A stretch of DNA of 53,973 nucleotides, counting the filler, from Basidiobolus ranarum (Eukaryota), in assembly GCA_040143965.1 (NCBI GenBank). It is 3 parts of 3 records of this genome, joined end to end, with 100 filler letters (N's around TTAATTAATTAA, not from the genome) between each part and the next. Parts side by side here need not be neighbours in the genome. Positions count along the whole stretch, not along the records: positions 1 to 17,944 come from JASJQH010000287.1; 2 more parts are not named here. The stretch is one strand, 5' to 3'. Below, in pieces: positions 1 to 14,114 of the stretch. How positions within the stretch are numbered: the stretch's first letter is position 1; each line of letters starts with the position of its first letter. The position numbers and the translations under genes are program-made. The notes under the pieces are model-generated. The model did no database searches. It was given only the letters and a program-made list of their open reading frames with translations, and was not told where the DNA came from.

Positions 1-366
1 ACCAGCTTCTTTGTATTGCTCGTCAGTGGAGAAAGTCATTTCGTGACCAGTCTTGAACTCTACTTCTTGGTCATTTTGCATAAGACCAGTACGAATTTCA
101 GGGCCCTTGGTATCCAAGGCAATAGCAACAGGTCTACCGGGCATTTCTTCCATAGATTTGCGAGTATTTGAGATAACTGAAGCATGATATTCGTAGGAAC
201 CATGAGAGAAGTTCATACGGACAATATTCATACCAGCCTTTCTCAAAGCATTCATCATAGGAACGGTGTTAGTTTTGGGACCAATTGTACAAATAATAGA
301 GGATTTTCTGATGGAGGGAGTAATGTCAACATTAAAGCTAGCCAACCAACCGAGATTTGTGTTCAT
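1..366 (-). CDS. PYK1: Pyruvate kinase, 5' part (runs off the window start)
   Basis: Manual translation from ATG at 366: [33 protein letters not shown]...[17 protein letters not shown]...[17 protein letters not shown], which are classic pyruvate kinase motifs. Not in the ORF track. Confidence 0.97.
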   Translation of the reverse strand, partial: MNTNLGWLASFNVDITPSIRKSSIICTIGPKTNTVPMMNALRKAGMNIVRMNFSHGSYEYHASVISNTRKSMEEMPGRPVAIALDTKGPEIRTGLMQNDQEVEFKTGHEMTFSTDEQYKEAG

Positions 367-1635
367 TTTAAAATTAAGTATGTTACTGTGGAAGTAGAAT
401 GAAACTTTATGAAATGTAAATAGTCTACAAGGCTTTTTATATGAATTTAATCCCAGGATATTGTAATAACCAATCATTGAATGATCAGGTGTATTAAAAA
501 AAAGAAATGAGTACCCCAAATATTGACATTCCCAATCTGATAGGAGAGCCAAAACAGGTATATGTCGTATATACAAGTAAATAATGAAAATGTAAGAACT
601 CTACTCATGTGGCGAAGTATTTCTTTGTACTATTCAAGCTTCTTTCGATGATTATTCACGAGCTTGTGATAGGATTAGGAATACAGTTTAAGAGTGTGAT
701 GCGAATTAGCAATTGTCAGTGTGTGGCGTGTAGAGAGTGATTCGCGTAGATTGCTTTCTGACTATCACTTCGATATGATCTTTCACCACCTATATCGCCA
801 GTTCTATCCGATACCCAAGCTTCTCTCTTACTTGTATTGCAGTAGTAACGTAGTATCATTCAATTAATAGATGATTAGGGGGCCTTTCAATGGGAAATTG
901 ACCTGTGAATAGGGACGGTCTCTATCTATGAAAGGAGGCAAAACTCTGTCACCAGTAATATGAATTAAGTACAGTAACTAGGGGTATATACCGGGATTGT
1001 TATCATTTCTAGTGTGACACCAAAAAGGAGTGATTATCCGATAAACCGTTCAAATTTCATGCCGCTAAATTTCTCATCATAGAAGCCCATTAATGTTTCC
1101 TAAATCTTCTTAATGAACCGTTATCGATCAAAATGAGTTCATCAATTTAACCAATCCTCCCCAAGCTTGTCGTGTAACCTCCAACACATAACTTTGGTAA
1201 ATTACGAACCAATACTTACTCTCACGCTACAAGGCTCATGCGTTCTAGCAAGAATAGGTCGGAATTTGGCTAAATAGCAGAAAAAAAACCCGATTCAGTT
1301 GATTGCTCTCTATCCGCATTACCTCACTATGATGTTGCTGAGAAATTGCAGTCACATGTATACGGAGTATCTGTGGGGGTATTTTGCACTAATTGGAGTT
1401 TACAGATTAACAGAAATTAGAACCTCCCTAAAGAACTATCAATTTTTTGCTCTTAGATTTATGGATTGTAACCCATCAATTTAAACCAAAGTTTAGTCAC
1501 TGTTTAATGGAATGTACAGCGATAGTGGTATGAGCTGTTACTACAAAGTTAACATGTTTGATTTTATCTAGGCTCAAGTAATGATTCGAAACACACATGA
1601 TATTTAATCCGCTAAAAAAGACCATGTGTGTGTTA

Positions 1636-1697
1636 GTTTCATTGGAAGAAATAGTTATCACACATAATCAAGAGATGATCTGGGCACTTCCTTATCA
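1636..1697 (+). repeat. Dispersed repeat, copy A (pairs with 7040-7101)
   Basis: GTTTCATTGGAAGAAA...ACTTCCTTATCA aligns ungapped to 7040-7101 at 51/62 identities. Weaker similarity extends upstream (ATTCGAAACA...ATCCGCT). Confidence 0.85.
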
Positions 1698-2479
1698 ATC
1701 ACATACCAGACCCCACAGGCTGACCTTAACCCTACCTACTAGATATCATTCATCCTAATAAACTTCATAAACAAAACTAAATATATTCAACGCCGATTGT
1801 TGCACCATCAAGGTTAAAAGACTGATAAATAACATTGTCCCTATTACGAGCAAATAGTCGAATTTGGTTTAAGGTACGAATACAGCGTCACATTGTCTTA
1901 TGAGCTCTGAACAGGTAACAGAACACAAATTGTCGCCAATGGTCAGTTTCTTGCACAGTGTTTCCAACTCGCCTTGATCCCAGGAATGGAAATCTTTGCA
2001 CTATTGGAATGCTTTGGTGTACAAATCTCACGCTTTTTCTCTAGCAAGGTAAGTGCTGGATTGATAAATAGAGAACTTAATAAAGTGAAACGGTCGGTTG
2101 GTACCGAGACAAAGTGTTTGGAGGTAGTTGAATCAAGGACAATCAAAAAGCATTGTTCTATTCATCTTCCACTTTAGCTTTTTTAGCATAAAAACGACCA
2201 TAATGGCATATATCAACAAGCAGAGCGAAATTGAATCACCAATTCTATCCAAGCTAGTAACACAGTTACGAGAATAATGTTTCCAATGACGGATCATGCA
2301 TAATAGTTCACATTTCGGAAAATCAGAACTCTACGTCAGACAAAGTTTCGAGGAAAACGCGAAACCAGAGTCTGGGACAACCCCACTTTCACAAGCTCAG
2401 GAGACTGGAGAAGAGATGGGGCTGTGGCATGATCGATCCATTCACTAAGCGGACGATCCACCTGCTAGATCCAGGAGCC

Positions 2480-2760
2480 TGGGCCACTACGCGCATTGGA
2501 GATTGTTTCCCAAAATTCTATTCAACATCTGAAGAAGGCACGTGTTGGCCTTTCCGGTCAACAGTTCATTGGTACCCGATCTTCCTCCAGATGTAATTCG
2601 ACTTTCTAACGTACCTCGTACCTCCCTCGTCAAGCAGTGTAATTTAACTACTCGGGTCAATTCGAGAAAAGGGACAAATTATTATCCGCAACTATCAATA
2701 TCCTCTAGTATGCCAAAGCTTCGACCGGGGCTCATGCCATCAGATCTACAGCACTGTCAC
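2480..2760 (+). mobile_element. Possible decayed non-LTR retrotransposon ORF1 fragment
   Basis: Frameshifted reading LRALEIVSQNSIQHLKKARVGLSGQQFIGTR / LPPDVIRLSNVP resembles fungal LINE ORF1 segments. Pattern recognition only. Confidence 0.3.
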
Positions 2761-2981
2761 TAGCATCTTGAGATATCGTGTCTGAATTAGTCCTGCACAA
2801 TCCAAAGTTAAAAGAAATTTAGAATCTTCAGAAGAAACCGATATACTCTCCATTTTCATTACATCAATAAACTATGTTTATTATCGTTGACAGATGATGC
2901 AAAAGCGGGTCATAATTGGTCATTGCGCACTCTTGAGGTAGGATACTCTGAATATGATAAACAGATATAGATAACTGTCAA

Positions 2982-3772
2982 CTATAAATCTTGACGGGCA
3001 TCGAATTTCGACATGACTGGATTGTGCTTAATTTTCTGAATAAAATTTATTGGATCGCCAATGGGAGTGTGGGATCCAGGTTTATTGCGACATTCCTTTT
3101 CCATGAGGTCCGCAAAGTGACAATTGAACCCTTGACGCGGATACTTAGTTACAACCTGGTCGATGGTTTCCGGGTGATACAACTCTGGATTTTTTCCAAT
3201 GACATCAATCAAAGTGCCCAACTGAATAAGCTGTCCATTTTTACGAATCTGTCCCGGAATAAAGTCCGTATGTCTGATAATAGCCTCAGCAACTTCGTCA
3301 GCTTGTAAAGTGGAAGATCCGAATTCCAAAAGTTTTTCTCTTGCATGAATTCCACCCCAGAACTCAAATGAAAGAGATGTGGCCAAGTGGTACTTGGGTG
3401 CCACACCAATATCATGAAACAGAGAAGTCAAAAAATATGTATCCAAATCTGCGTTCCAGTCCGGAAATTGGTCCTGTGACACCACTGCTCCAAAATAATA
3501 TACTCGGTTGGAATGATTGAATATGACAGGGTCTAGTTCCTTTCTTACGTATTCCACAGTTTTTTCAGCAACATCCGTAGTTGGCACATGGATGGAGGCA
3601 ATGTCGATTTTTCGGGCAGGGTGAATACCACGCTCACGCAGTAGATGATCAATGTCACGCTCAACCGCTAGAGACCAAAAAGTGGAAGAGTTCAATAATA
3701 ATACTTTTAGGCGTAATAATACTATGATAGCCTACCAGAATCGGCTAATTCGCGAGCTAGCTGAGAAGACAT
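2982..3772 (-). CDS. Cyanamide hydratase family HD-domain protein (Cah/Ddi2-3-like), 2 exons
   Basis: Motifs FNHSNRVYYFG, LFHDIG, SLSFEFWGG, QADEVAEAIIRH, GQLIQLGT, YPRQG, KPGSHT. The likely start is ATG 3772; exon 3736-3772, GT-AG intron 3668-3735, exon 2982-3667. Confidence 0.9.
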
Positions 3773-4133
3773 AAAGATAATGAAAAAAGTTCTTGAAGCC
3801 TTACAGAGATTAGGTGTTCTTAATATTCAATAAAGTGAATTGGAATTTAAAATCCGTTTGAATAAGCAGTCAAGAAAAGATGAGTATAATAGTCTAACCA
3901 AGAACATTTTATTTATTCGAGGCGGGTGGCTTAGACTACGTGATCTAGTTTTGTCATTAATAATGTGATGACCAAGGAATATTGGTATTGGTTCGTTTGT
4001 TTTATGTCTTCAATGTATTATTAAGTATGTTTTCGCCAATGAATTCGCGCGTATTATGAGTTGGTGGATTGTTGGTAGTTATGTTCGTTTAGTATGATTA
4101 TATCGATGTGACCTTAGCTGGTTAATTACCAGA

Positions 4134-5605
4134 CTAGAGACTGCATTCAGATACAATATCGCTGGGTACGTAACTCTCAATGAATGACAAGAAAATGTCG
4201 AGAGGGCATGCGTCAAGAGTGCATTTCAACTTGGGATTAGAGGGAACCACCTTACCTTCGTAAAGAACACGAACAACTAATTCGTGTTTAATGGTTTTCC
4301 AAGTCTCAAAGATAACATTGGAGGCATATGCGGGCCATGGAGTAGATGGATCAGCGATTACAGCTAGAACCTGATCCAAAGACTGATCATGAGCCGAGAA
4401 AATTTCAAAAGGACGGACTCGTTTGTGGGAAGAGTTAGAAATAGTGGCCCGAATTCCACCGGCGAGAGTTTTCAAGAAAGGTCCGACAGCAAGTCGCTTG
4501 ATCTCTTCAGCAGCTGCCTCAAATCTAAAAGGCCCTGTGTATCCAAAAGTACTCAAACGCATGGCCTCAACTGCGTCCGCAGCAGTGAGACAGAGGGAGG
4601 GATCAGTTGTAGAACAAGGCAAGGCCATTTTGTTGCAGTAGCGGGGCATAATTGTGTCCGCATTCCAAGTAGTGTTGTACGCGGCATTTTTTGTTACACC
4701 CAGCACAGTGTTGACTTTTGTCTTTATAGCGTAGTTAGTTTGAGACCAATTCAAATAGGTTGGAGTCTTGTAAAATCCGGCAAAAAGAGCGCCTAGTTTT
4801 GGGCAGGCACTAGGGTTGAGTATCAAAGTCTCAATAATCTGCGGATATGTGTTCAGAGTAACAATGGCGTTAGAATGACGGTATGAAGGAGGATAGAGTC
4901 CTTCGAGGAAATTCTCAGCAGATTCTCGTGTGCGCCAGATATAGGTATTGCGCAGATAGAGATCATCGGGATTGAGTGTTGTTGAGAGAAACTTCAACTC
5001 ATCAACATAGATGCTACGAAGAGCGGCACCCACTTGGCGAGTTTGTTCGGAACCCTTGTTTGTCAACTGACCTATAAATTGGTGAGACGATTAATCACCA
5101 AATGATCCAACATTTAGAAAATCAAAAGAGGCTTTATAGTATACCGAGTTCACAGTTGCCCTTCCAGAACGAACCTGCAAACAAGTTATCACTTGAAATC
5201 TCAATGTTGGATTTGAGATATGCTGATGCATGCTTAAGATGACTAGCAGCTGTGAAGGTGTATTCAGCAGGCTGGGCGCAGATATTGTAGTTGGTATGGT
5301 CTCCAGGAAGAACACTGGTGGCTGGTGTACGATCACCGTGACGCATCATTACTTGAACTTTCTGAAGTTTGGCTCCATGCTAGAGAAAGAAATTGGGGGT
5401 AAATAACGACACAGATTGACGAACAGAGGGCTACTTCTTGAGATTCAACACTTACAATTGGATGGTACGTTTTCTTTGCAACTGGACTGATTCCCTGACA
5501 ATAGTTATAATCCTTGTAAATATTGGCACCATTTTCGGTGGATTGCCCGACGGCTTGGACTGAGAGGAGAGCCACAATGGTCAGTGAGCTTTTAATGATA
5601 TGCAT
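4134..5605 (-). CDS. Secreted histidine acid phosphatase, 3 exons
   Basis: Signal-peptide-like MHIIKSSLTIVALLSVQAVG, catalytic RHGDRTP, GQLTNKG, RTRESA and FSAHD. Introns 5380-5455 and 5072-5144 join the ORF pieces in frame. Confidence 0.92.
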
Positions 5606-7039
5606 TATATTCTTTAAAACGATGGATATTCTCTCAAACGACTGCTGTAATGTCACTTTTATAGTCCTAGGTATTTCTGCTAATTCAAGCGTATTCCGAT
5701 TCTCCGAGTCCGAACATTTCCATCTGAATGAGGACTTAAAACATATATGTTGGTTACTTCAGAAGAGAATACAAGTGCCATCTACCTATCCACCACAATC
5801 TACACGTGCCGTCTTTAAAGAAATTCATGTCCAGTAGACAGAAACGTGTCTAAGGACAAGTAGGCTTGGTGTTACTAGCTACGAGAAAGATGTTGTACAA
5901 AGTCTTCCGGAAAAATAAAGAAAAATACCTGTCGACGAAGAACCTGTTTGGAAGCTTAGATTAGAGCCTCACTAGTGAGTCGTATGTGTTTGGCTGGTCA
6001 GATTAAAGTGTACATTTTGTAAACCAAACTAATAGATTTTGATATATCTTGCCAGTAGAAGATAAAGCGAGCACGTGGAAAAATCAAAGGAAAAGATATG
6101 AAGACTGTAAGTTGGTACTCGTTTATATCTAGATTGGTTAGTTTGAAACTCTTGTATTACGATATCTTTTCGTCGAACTGTTTCACGAAGAAATTAAATG
6201 GCAACACTGTTGATGTGGTATGTTTTCTTTTTTTGTATATCAGTCATTTAAGCTTGACTGAAAGCCGCCTCCACATATTAAATATACCTTTCGTACACTT
6301 CACTACCAATTCTAAGATACATAAAATGTATAGCCAGTTTTACATTGTCTTTCATATCTTTTAGATGAGAGAAAATAGAGTCTGTGAAATGCAGCTCTCT
6401 GTCGTGCTCAAATTTTCCTATTGTTGTATTGTGCCATAGTAAGTGGCCAGTCAATCATATCTCCTCGACTTCAATCTTACTCAGCACTATTTTGTTTGTT
6501 CCCTATATCTATGACAAAAACTCAGCATCTCTAGTAAAAATACAAAGCAGTGCTGCTTTAAACGTACCAAGTAAATATACGCGAATACTAAAGCTACCTT
6601 TTCTCGAAGTCTTTTAGTTGACGAAACTTAGGCTAAGTTAACGAGTAATCTATTGAGTTGTAGGTCTCGTATTTTCCAATCTTTTGCGCATATGAAATAA
6701 GATAAAGGAGGTGCCTATTTCGCTAGTCATCCAATTTTGGAGAAATGGCTAGGATTGACCAGTCACACTTAGGAGGAGTTTAGAAATTAAAATAGCTGCG
6801 CTCTGGAGGTATTTTACACTGATTGGAATGTCTAGATTAGATTTAAATATAAACTTGAAGCACAGTCAGTTTAAAAAATTTAACGAAAATTTTATTTATC
6901 TTAAACGTATATTTAAACGAAATACCAAGTAACAATTACATAAGCAGTTACTGTTGGGATGATCATTCGAAACATGAAACAGGAAACATACATAAAAGGA
7001 TCCGCTGAGAACATAATTATGGCAGATTGGTATATATTC

Positions 7040-7101
7040 GTTTCATTGGAAGAAAGAACCATCACACACAATTAATGCATGATCCGGGTACTTCCTTATC
7101 A
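7040..7101 (+). repeat. Dispersed repeat, copy B (pairs with 1636-1697)
   Basis: Same alignment as copy A, in direct orientation. Confidence 0.85.
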
Positions 7102-7945
7102 GTGCCTCTAATCATGACTTTAATATTAATATTCAATCGGACATTCAGGTTCTTGGAATGAAATATGAGCAGCCATGGTACAGAAGATCCGGTCAATTCA
7201 GAAGTACAAATGCTCTCTAAACTGGGCATATCTTGATACCCACACCTCCCAGATCAGGAAGTACAAGGTGGGGAATTGGCGGGAGACAATGAATTATGTA
7301 TTACATGGAAAAGTGATTAAATTCCAAACTATGTTAAGCACATGCGTTTAAGTCTATTAATGGTATTGTTATATTTAGGATGAAATATCGATGACATGAC
7401 AACCAACCAAATACTATCATTAACTCGAAGGAGATTTTTTTGGCTCCTTGAAGGGAAATGCACAGGCTGTATCCGAGTCACGCACAGTGGGCATAAGCTG
7501 TAGTGAATTCTTAAAAATATCCACTATTTGGTAGTTGGCGGTAATTTCCATTAGTTTAATTCGTTTCAATTTCATTTAGGAGTGACTAGTGGCTACATAC
7601 GGAAAAATCTCTTAAAAATAACTATCGTCCAATAGGAACCTCATTCATATGGCGTTACTTTAAAAGAATGTTTACAAAACAGCTAATCTAATTGTGTTTC
7701 ATCTCCGCATCGCTCTCTTTTCTCTTTTAGAAACGCACCTTTCTTTCTTAGTTCCCTTGACGCTCTCGTTCGAGTTAACTTTCAACCTCCCTCCTATCTG
7801 TGCTTTATTAACCTCTGAATACTGCTCTATTACCGTTGTTCGTGTGCAAACAGTTAATTATAGATATTTATCTTGATAGACACCTAGTTATTCTTTACGC
7901 CAGCCAATTCAATTTTGTTATACTGCTAGACACACTATAATACAT

Positions 7946-10490
7946 ATGATGGCCACTTCTGCCCCTATAAATCGTCCTAGTTTCGAAGAGCATTTTAAAG
8001 GTGACTTAATCCTGGCTGACGTTGTTAGTCAAGACATTTCTTCTAAATCAAATCCAGATACTGAAACTCGGCCGGCCGAGCACTTAAAAGATACTCAGAG
8101 GAGAGATTCCAAGTGTGACGTTGATATTTCGAGTGAAAAGTCTTTAAAACTTGAACCTACTGAACAGGATATTAAACATCCAGTTGAAAGCATTCTTGTC
8201 GATGAATTCTCAGATAGTCAACCTGATTCTCCCGTCGTTTTCACTGAAACTTCTACACCACAGTCTGAAAATGGCGTGACGGACACTACAGAAGATATCC
8301 TACTTGGTAAAGAAAATAAAATGGAGTCTAGTTCGAAGTCCTCTGAGACTCTGTTAACTACAAAGGATACCGACGCTTCTTCTCAGATTAGTGCAAGCAG
8401 TTTCGCAACTGCAGATGGAGACCTACCTGAGAAAGATGAAACCTCAAGTGTTCAAATGGAACCCATTGAGCATATTAGTGAGCCAATTATTGTCCCAGAA
8501 GATTCATTTGAAGAGCCTGCTGCACCAAGCATCGTACCAGAGAAACCACAACCAGATCAAATCTTCAAGCCCACAGCAGAGGTTATAATGACAAGTTCTC
8601 CTGAAATGGCTGCTCAACCAAATGAAATTCATGAGCAGGTTGAACAGACACCCCCAGAGGATGTTGAATTGAAACGCGAGGACAATTCCGCTGTTGGAAT
8701 GTTCAGACGCTTCACATCCACTTTCAGTCTTCGAAGTGCTCGAGGTACATTTGGATCTCGTGAATCTCTCAGGAATATCCCAGTCCCATCCAACGCGGGT
8801 AATCGAGATTCAGGTAAAAGTAGTTTAAGTGATGGTTCAAGTGGTTCAGATCAGGCTGTAACTACTCCCACTGGAGTGTATTCTCGAGATATCCCAGATT
8901 CATTCTCCATGCTCGACGATACTTCTTCTATTCGATCATCAGTTACTGTCGATCTATTAGTAGCCAGAGCAGAAGCTCATAACAAAGTTTTTGGTCCTAA
9001 ATCACCAGTCGCTCATCTTCGTTCTGGCTCCTTTTCTCGCCTTAAGGGACTCATCGATGAAGAAGCTGAGGCTAACATTGATTGGGGTATGTCGGGATGT
9101 TTAAACACTAGGATCATATTAAGTAACTAATATTTCAATTGCAATAGAATTTTGGGGAAATCTTATTAGTGATTATCCCGGTATGGTCCGTAAGCAAAGT
9201 CGCTTAGTATCCAAGAACATACAGAGTGGTATTCCAGCTTCGTTGAGAGGTTCTATTTGGCAACTTATTAGCAAGAGTAAAGACTCTCCACTTGAGATCC
9301 TTTACAATCAACTCCTGGAGCAAACCTCATCATTCGACAAGATGATCACCCGTGATTTATCCCGTACCTTCCCTAACCATGAGTTTTTCCAAAGTGATGG
9401 CGGGGGTCAAGAAAGCTTGTATAACGTGGTAAAGGCGTTCTCATTGTATGATACCGATGTCGGCTATTGTCAAGGAATTCCGTTCATCGTTGGCCCGTTG
9501 CTCCTTCATGTAAGCACTCTATTGAATTCTTTTTCCTTGAATATCTGTAATAACATTGATTATTAGATGCCCGAAGAGGAAGCGTTTTGCGTTCTTGTCA
9601 GACTGATGAGGGCATATGGTCTCCGTGGCCACTTCACTCCTCAATTGGAGACACTTCACCTTCGTTTGTATCAATTTGATCATTTGCTGGAGGAGTATCT
9701 TCCTATCCTCAATAAGCACATGGTTGCGGAAGGGGTAACGTCTACTATGTACGCATCCCAGTGGTTCATGACTCTCTTTGCCTATCGATTCCCACTCCCA
9801 TTAGTCTTCCGCATCTTTGACATCATTTTTGCCGAGGGAGTCGAGAGTCTTCTTCGATTTGCAATCGCTTTATTGAAGGCCAACCACGAGAAGCTTATAG
9901 AAATGCCGTTCGAAACATTGTTAGATTTCCTTAAACATCATCTTTACGAAATTTACGAGGGAAAAATCGATCAGTTGATTAGCGACGCATATGATGTTAA
10001 GATCACTACTAAGCGTTTAGATCGTCTTTCTAGAGATTACTACACAGAGTTAAAAAAACAACAGGCAGAGGTGAACCATGCTGAATCCTTGAAAAATAGT
10101 AACAAACGGTTGGAAGAGGACGTGAAACGTTTGGAGAATAATGTTCAAACCTTAAATGAGGAGCACTGTGAGTTAGCAAACGAATTTGTTCAATGTAAAT
10201 TGGATATCGCCCACCTTCAAGATGAAAATGAATCCCTTAAATTCGAAGTGGCTCAACTTAAGGAGCAACTGGGTGAATCCCGTAAAGAAGCTGAGCAGTC
10301 GGTCACCCAAGAGATGGAGCTGTTAGCACATAAAAACTTCGAACTCGCCGATCGGAATACAAGATTGGAGGATCAACTCTCCGAACTCGAGGCCCAGCTT
10401 ATCGAGACCAAGATGAGATATGCTGAATCGGAGAACGAGCGAGTGCAATTACAAAAGAAATGGGACGATCTAAGAAGGGCTTTTCACTAA
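7946..10490 (+). CDS. TBC-domain Rab GTPase-activating protein (Gyp5/Evi5-like) with C-terminal coiled coil, 3 exons
   Basis: IDWEFWG, GIPASLRGSIWQ, ITRDLSRTFP, VGYCQG and MYASQWFMTLF motifs. Introns 9087-9147 and 9510-9566. Confidence 0.93.
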
Positions 10491-10623
10491 GTCATCTCCT
10501 TTCCTTGACCTCTGTATATATGCCCTTAACAATAATCCTAGTTCTTTCACAACCATTTATCTTTCCGCATCTAATCATTTTATCTTAATTGTACACTCTT
10601 TATTTTAAACAAAATCCAATATT

Positions 10624-11230
10624 TCATTGTGGGTTTAACAAACCAAGAATTTCTGGATCATTAGATAAATCTATAGAAGTGAGGCCTTTTCCATTCTTAT
10701 GAGAACGATCTGCACCACGTTCAAGTAAATACTTGACCAATTCTTTGAAATTGTAGAAAGTTGCCAAGTGAAGTGCGGTATTATTGTCCTGTCAAAGAAG
10801 TTCATGAAGGTTAGGATTTGTTGGTGAACCTTTTTTGTGGATTAGTATAGTTAAAATACCCCAAAAGTGATGTCAATTTCTGTCAGTTGTTGGGATGGTG
10901 AAAAAAAGGTAAAATGATGAGTATTTGGAGTGGACCGTTGTAGTATAGTATACATAGACACTTACCTTCAGCAAATGTGGAATCTAGAATATCTTTAGCA
11001 ATAGATTCTTGCCCGTTAAGAATGGCCAACTGAAGTCCCGTCATCTGACCAATGTAAGCACCTAGAAATTTGTAAGCATCTAACTCAAGTTCTGCTTCAT
11101 ACTTGTAATCGCCACGCTTCTTCTTAGAAGTGAGAGAACGGTCCACGGCTAACAAAGTACGAACCGCTTCGGCATCTCCATTCTGAATGGCAATAAAATA
11201 AGCGTCAAGTGTCTCGGTAGGGTCGCGCAT
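10624..11230 (-). CDS. Small ankyrin-repeat protein, 3 exons
   Basis: TGLQLAILNGQESIAKDIL and NTALHLATFYNFKELVKYLLERGAD. Introns 10880-10965 and 10789-10859 flank a 20-nt exon; TGA at 10624-10626. Confidence 0.85.
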
Positions 11231-11786
11231 TATTTATACCAAGATACGTACGGATAATTGACACAACGCAATATAGGATGAATTGGAATGTAGAAATAGA
11301 ACCTAGCTCTAGGCTGAGGAGGGCTATTTATTTCTCAAAGTAGTTCCTATAGTGATTTCATTGATATGAGGGGCTTGGCTTCTAAATCGATTATGCCTGT
11401 CTAATATGACGTTTACCAATCAACTTAGCATTCTTACATTCCAACATCCATGTTTTAAGTAATTCTCTGCCTACGCAAAGACTGTCCTTGCATTGAATGT
11501 AGCTTTCATATTAATTACAGGTTTACTCTCTATTAACCTGGTTCAATTTGGATTTCAATTTACTTGAACAGATTGGTGAGCCATTAGAGTTAGACAAGAT
11601 AAGTAGTATGAATAATAACTGATATTAGTTTATTTTCCAGCTTTACACAGTCTAAATCTAATTCCAAGCAGTAAATAATTGCTTTTGAATAGAGTATCAA
11701 CTACTAGTGGGGATGGTGAACTTTACAATGGAGAAGGGAAAAGGATGGAGTGAGATTAAGGGGGTAAAATAATCGATATGCCTAGC

Positions 11787-13345
11787 TTAATGCTGATCTA
11801 TAATCTGTTTAATGGTTCCACCGGTACCAGCGGCAAGAGCAACACATCCAAATACAAGTAGGAATGCGACGCCCAAATCTTCTATCCAAATGGTCTTGAC
11901 CTTGGGAATTGTGGATCTGGCTAATTCTAGATCAACCGAATCTTTCTTAAACACTCTAACCACTCGAAGCCATGCTCCTTTGCAATCCCAAAATACACTC
12001 ATGTAGATCAAGGCAGGAATAATGTAAGAGATACCAGAGGCACATAATGCTAGAAATTCAAATGTTCAATTAGTATCTTGTTTCGCTGAATTCAATTCAC
12101 TTATCTACTTACCTCCAATTAATTGATATACGGTTCCGAGATTCTTTACCGGTAATCCAATGGCCAATGTAACAAGGAATAAGCCAACATTGACGGAGAT
12201 GTGTTGGATTTTGGTCGGTTGCTTGGTTTCGCTTTCAAACCCAAGCATGATGTTGGTCACCATTCGAGCGGAGTAGAAAACGCAGGGATAGGTGAGGAAC
12301 ATAGTGATAATCAGACAGAGACGACTGACATTGATGGCAATATCGTCACTAGGAAAGTTTGTGAAGACGTTAGAGTTCACAGATTCGCCAAATGAAGCAA
12401 ATCCAATGGCTGAAAAGGCGAGGTAAATGACCGCGGAACCTCCAACGGCGCACATAGAGGCGATGGACCAACGCTTTTGAGAAGGATTCTTCAAGGTGTT
12501 ATAGTTTAAGAAAGTCGAGTGACTAACTACATAGGCAAAACTCATCACACCAATCGCAGGAAATATGTTATCACCGAAGGTTGTATATTTGATATCATAG
12601 TCTTTGGCGTAGGTGGGAGCACGAATGGCGACAATGATACATATGATAGGCAGACAGGCGATAGAGATGGCCGAGAACTTGGCCAAAGGAGCCAAAGTTC
12701 TGAAGAATAATAACGGGAAAATGAAAATACAGGCGCACATGACAATGCCGAAGATTCGGTTTTGCAACACACCAAATCCTGGAACGTATTGCTCTGCTAG
12801 TAGAGGAAGCGTATCACCAATAACTAAACATCATCCAACGGTTAGTTTCGAATGTAACAAATGGGAAACTAAACGAGAACTTACTAATTAAATAACTGAT
12901 AGCAATACCCAGTCCATTGAAAAGGATAAAGATGTTCAAAGCGAATGATCCAACTTTTCCCAAAGAGCTTTGAGCTAGCATAGAGTAATGGTATATACCG
13001 GCTTGTCTACCACTTTTGACGAGCATTCTTAAAGAAAAGTCGGTCAATACACCAACAAACGCCAACACGATCAACCCGGTGACAAAACCAGCTTGCTTTA
13101 CAGCATATGGCAGTCCTAGAATTCCAGAACCGATGATTGTGTTAAGAACATTGAAGGCAACTAGAACAATAGGGATTAGCAAGATGGAACCGGAATAGAA
13201 TCATAATCAAACGGATCTTACCTCCAGCTATGCTGACATTGCCTTCTTCAGGAACGTTCTCGGTGACTTCAAGTTCGGGCTTGTCGCTCTTGGACAAGAG
13301 ATCAGGAGAAGACTCCTGCAAGGTTTTATCATCATCATAAATCAT
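11787..13345 (-). CDS. AAAP/Aa_trans amino-acid transporter (Avt2/SLC38A11-like), multi-exon
   Basis: AFNVLNTIIGSGILGLPYA, GVMSFAY, GFASFG, VFTNFPSDD and many hydrophobic helices. First intron 13161-13221. Confidence 0.92.
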
Positions 13346-14114
13346 GTGTGGCAACAATTGATCAGTACAGTATGTTTACGGCGGGAAGGGTTCTTTTATA
13401 CTTGAGCCTCTAATGGTAATTCGTACCTAGAACCAGAGAACTTCTACGAAAATGGCCAAACTGGGTGTATTTGATTTGAGCATTTCTTCGAGTCAGCCAA
13501 TCGGTTTACATAGCCTATCCAATGCACTGGTTGTTACTGAAGTTTCCAATGGATGTTGAATGTAATTTCGAATTTGGTAGTCACCAGTTGGATCCACCCA
13601 TCAAAAAATCTCTTTTTGTTTGTGACCAGATTAATACCTATTCTGTATCAAGGCTGTTCGAGGATGTGTGCTACCAGCACCTGCAACAGGGGATGTTCAA
13701 AAACGGATGTCTTTGACAGAAATGTATGGATAGCACCGAAATACCAATTCTATGACTGAAAAGTAACTGAAAGTACGCAATTGAACCAATTTCGTATTTA
13801 CATCGCACACGAATCATCACAAGAAGAGTAGCTTCCTCTGTTTAATGGAAATGGTGCAGCTTATCATATCAATCAAGCTTGCAAGGGTAGAGATTACCCC
13901 ATTGAGGATACGTCTTTCGCTATCATACTCATCATCGATATAGAGCAGCAGCTTAGTAAGAATATTTAGTTGTCCATTCTGTTAAACAACTTCTCATGAA
14001 CCAAATAAGCAACATAGATAGAATGCTTTTGAAAGGAAACTCTTCTTGCTTGAATGCAACGAGGGCTTACTGCAGTAAAGTAGAGTATTTGTTAAGTTGA
14101 TACACTGTGTACAA

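Noticed and set aside
184-402. 72-aa plus-strand ORF
   Set aside because: Antisense to pyruvate kinase.
1943-2160. IVLDSTTSKHFVS resembling a Ty3/gypsy protease motif
   Set aside because: The catalytic DSG is not intact and I found no supporting gag, RT or LTR sequence nearby.
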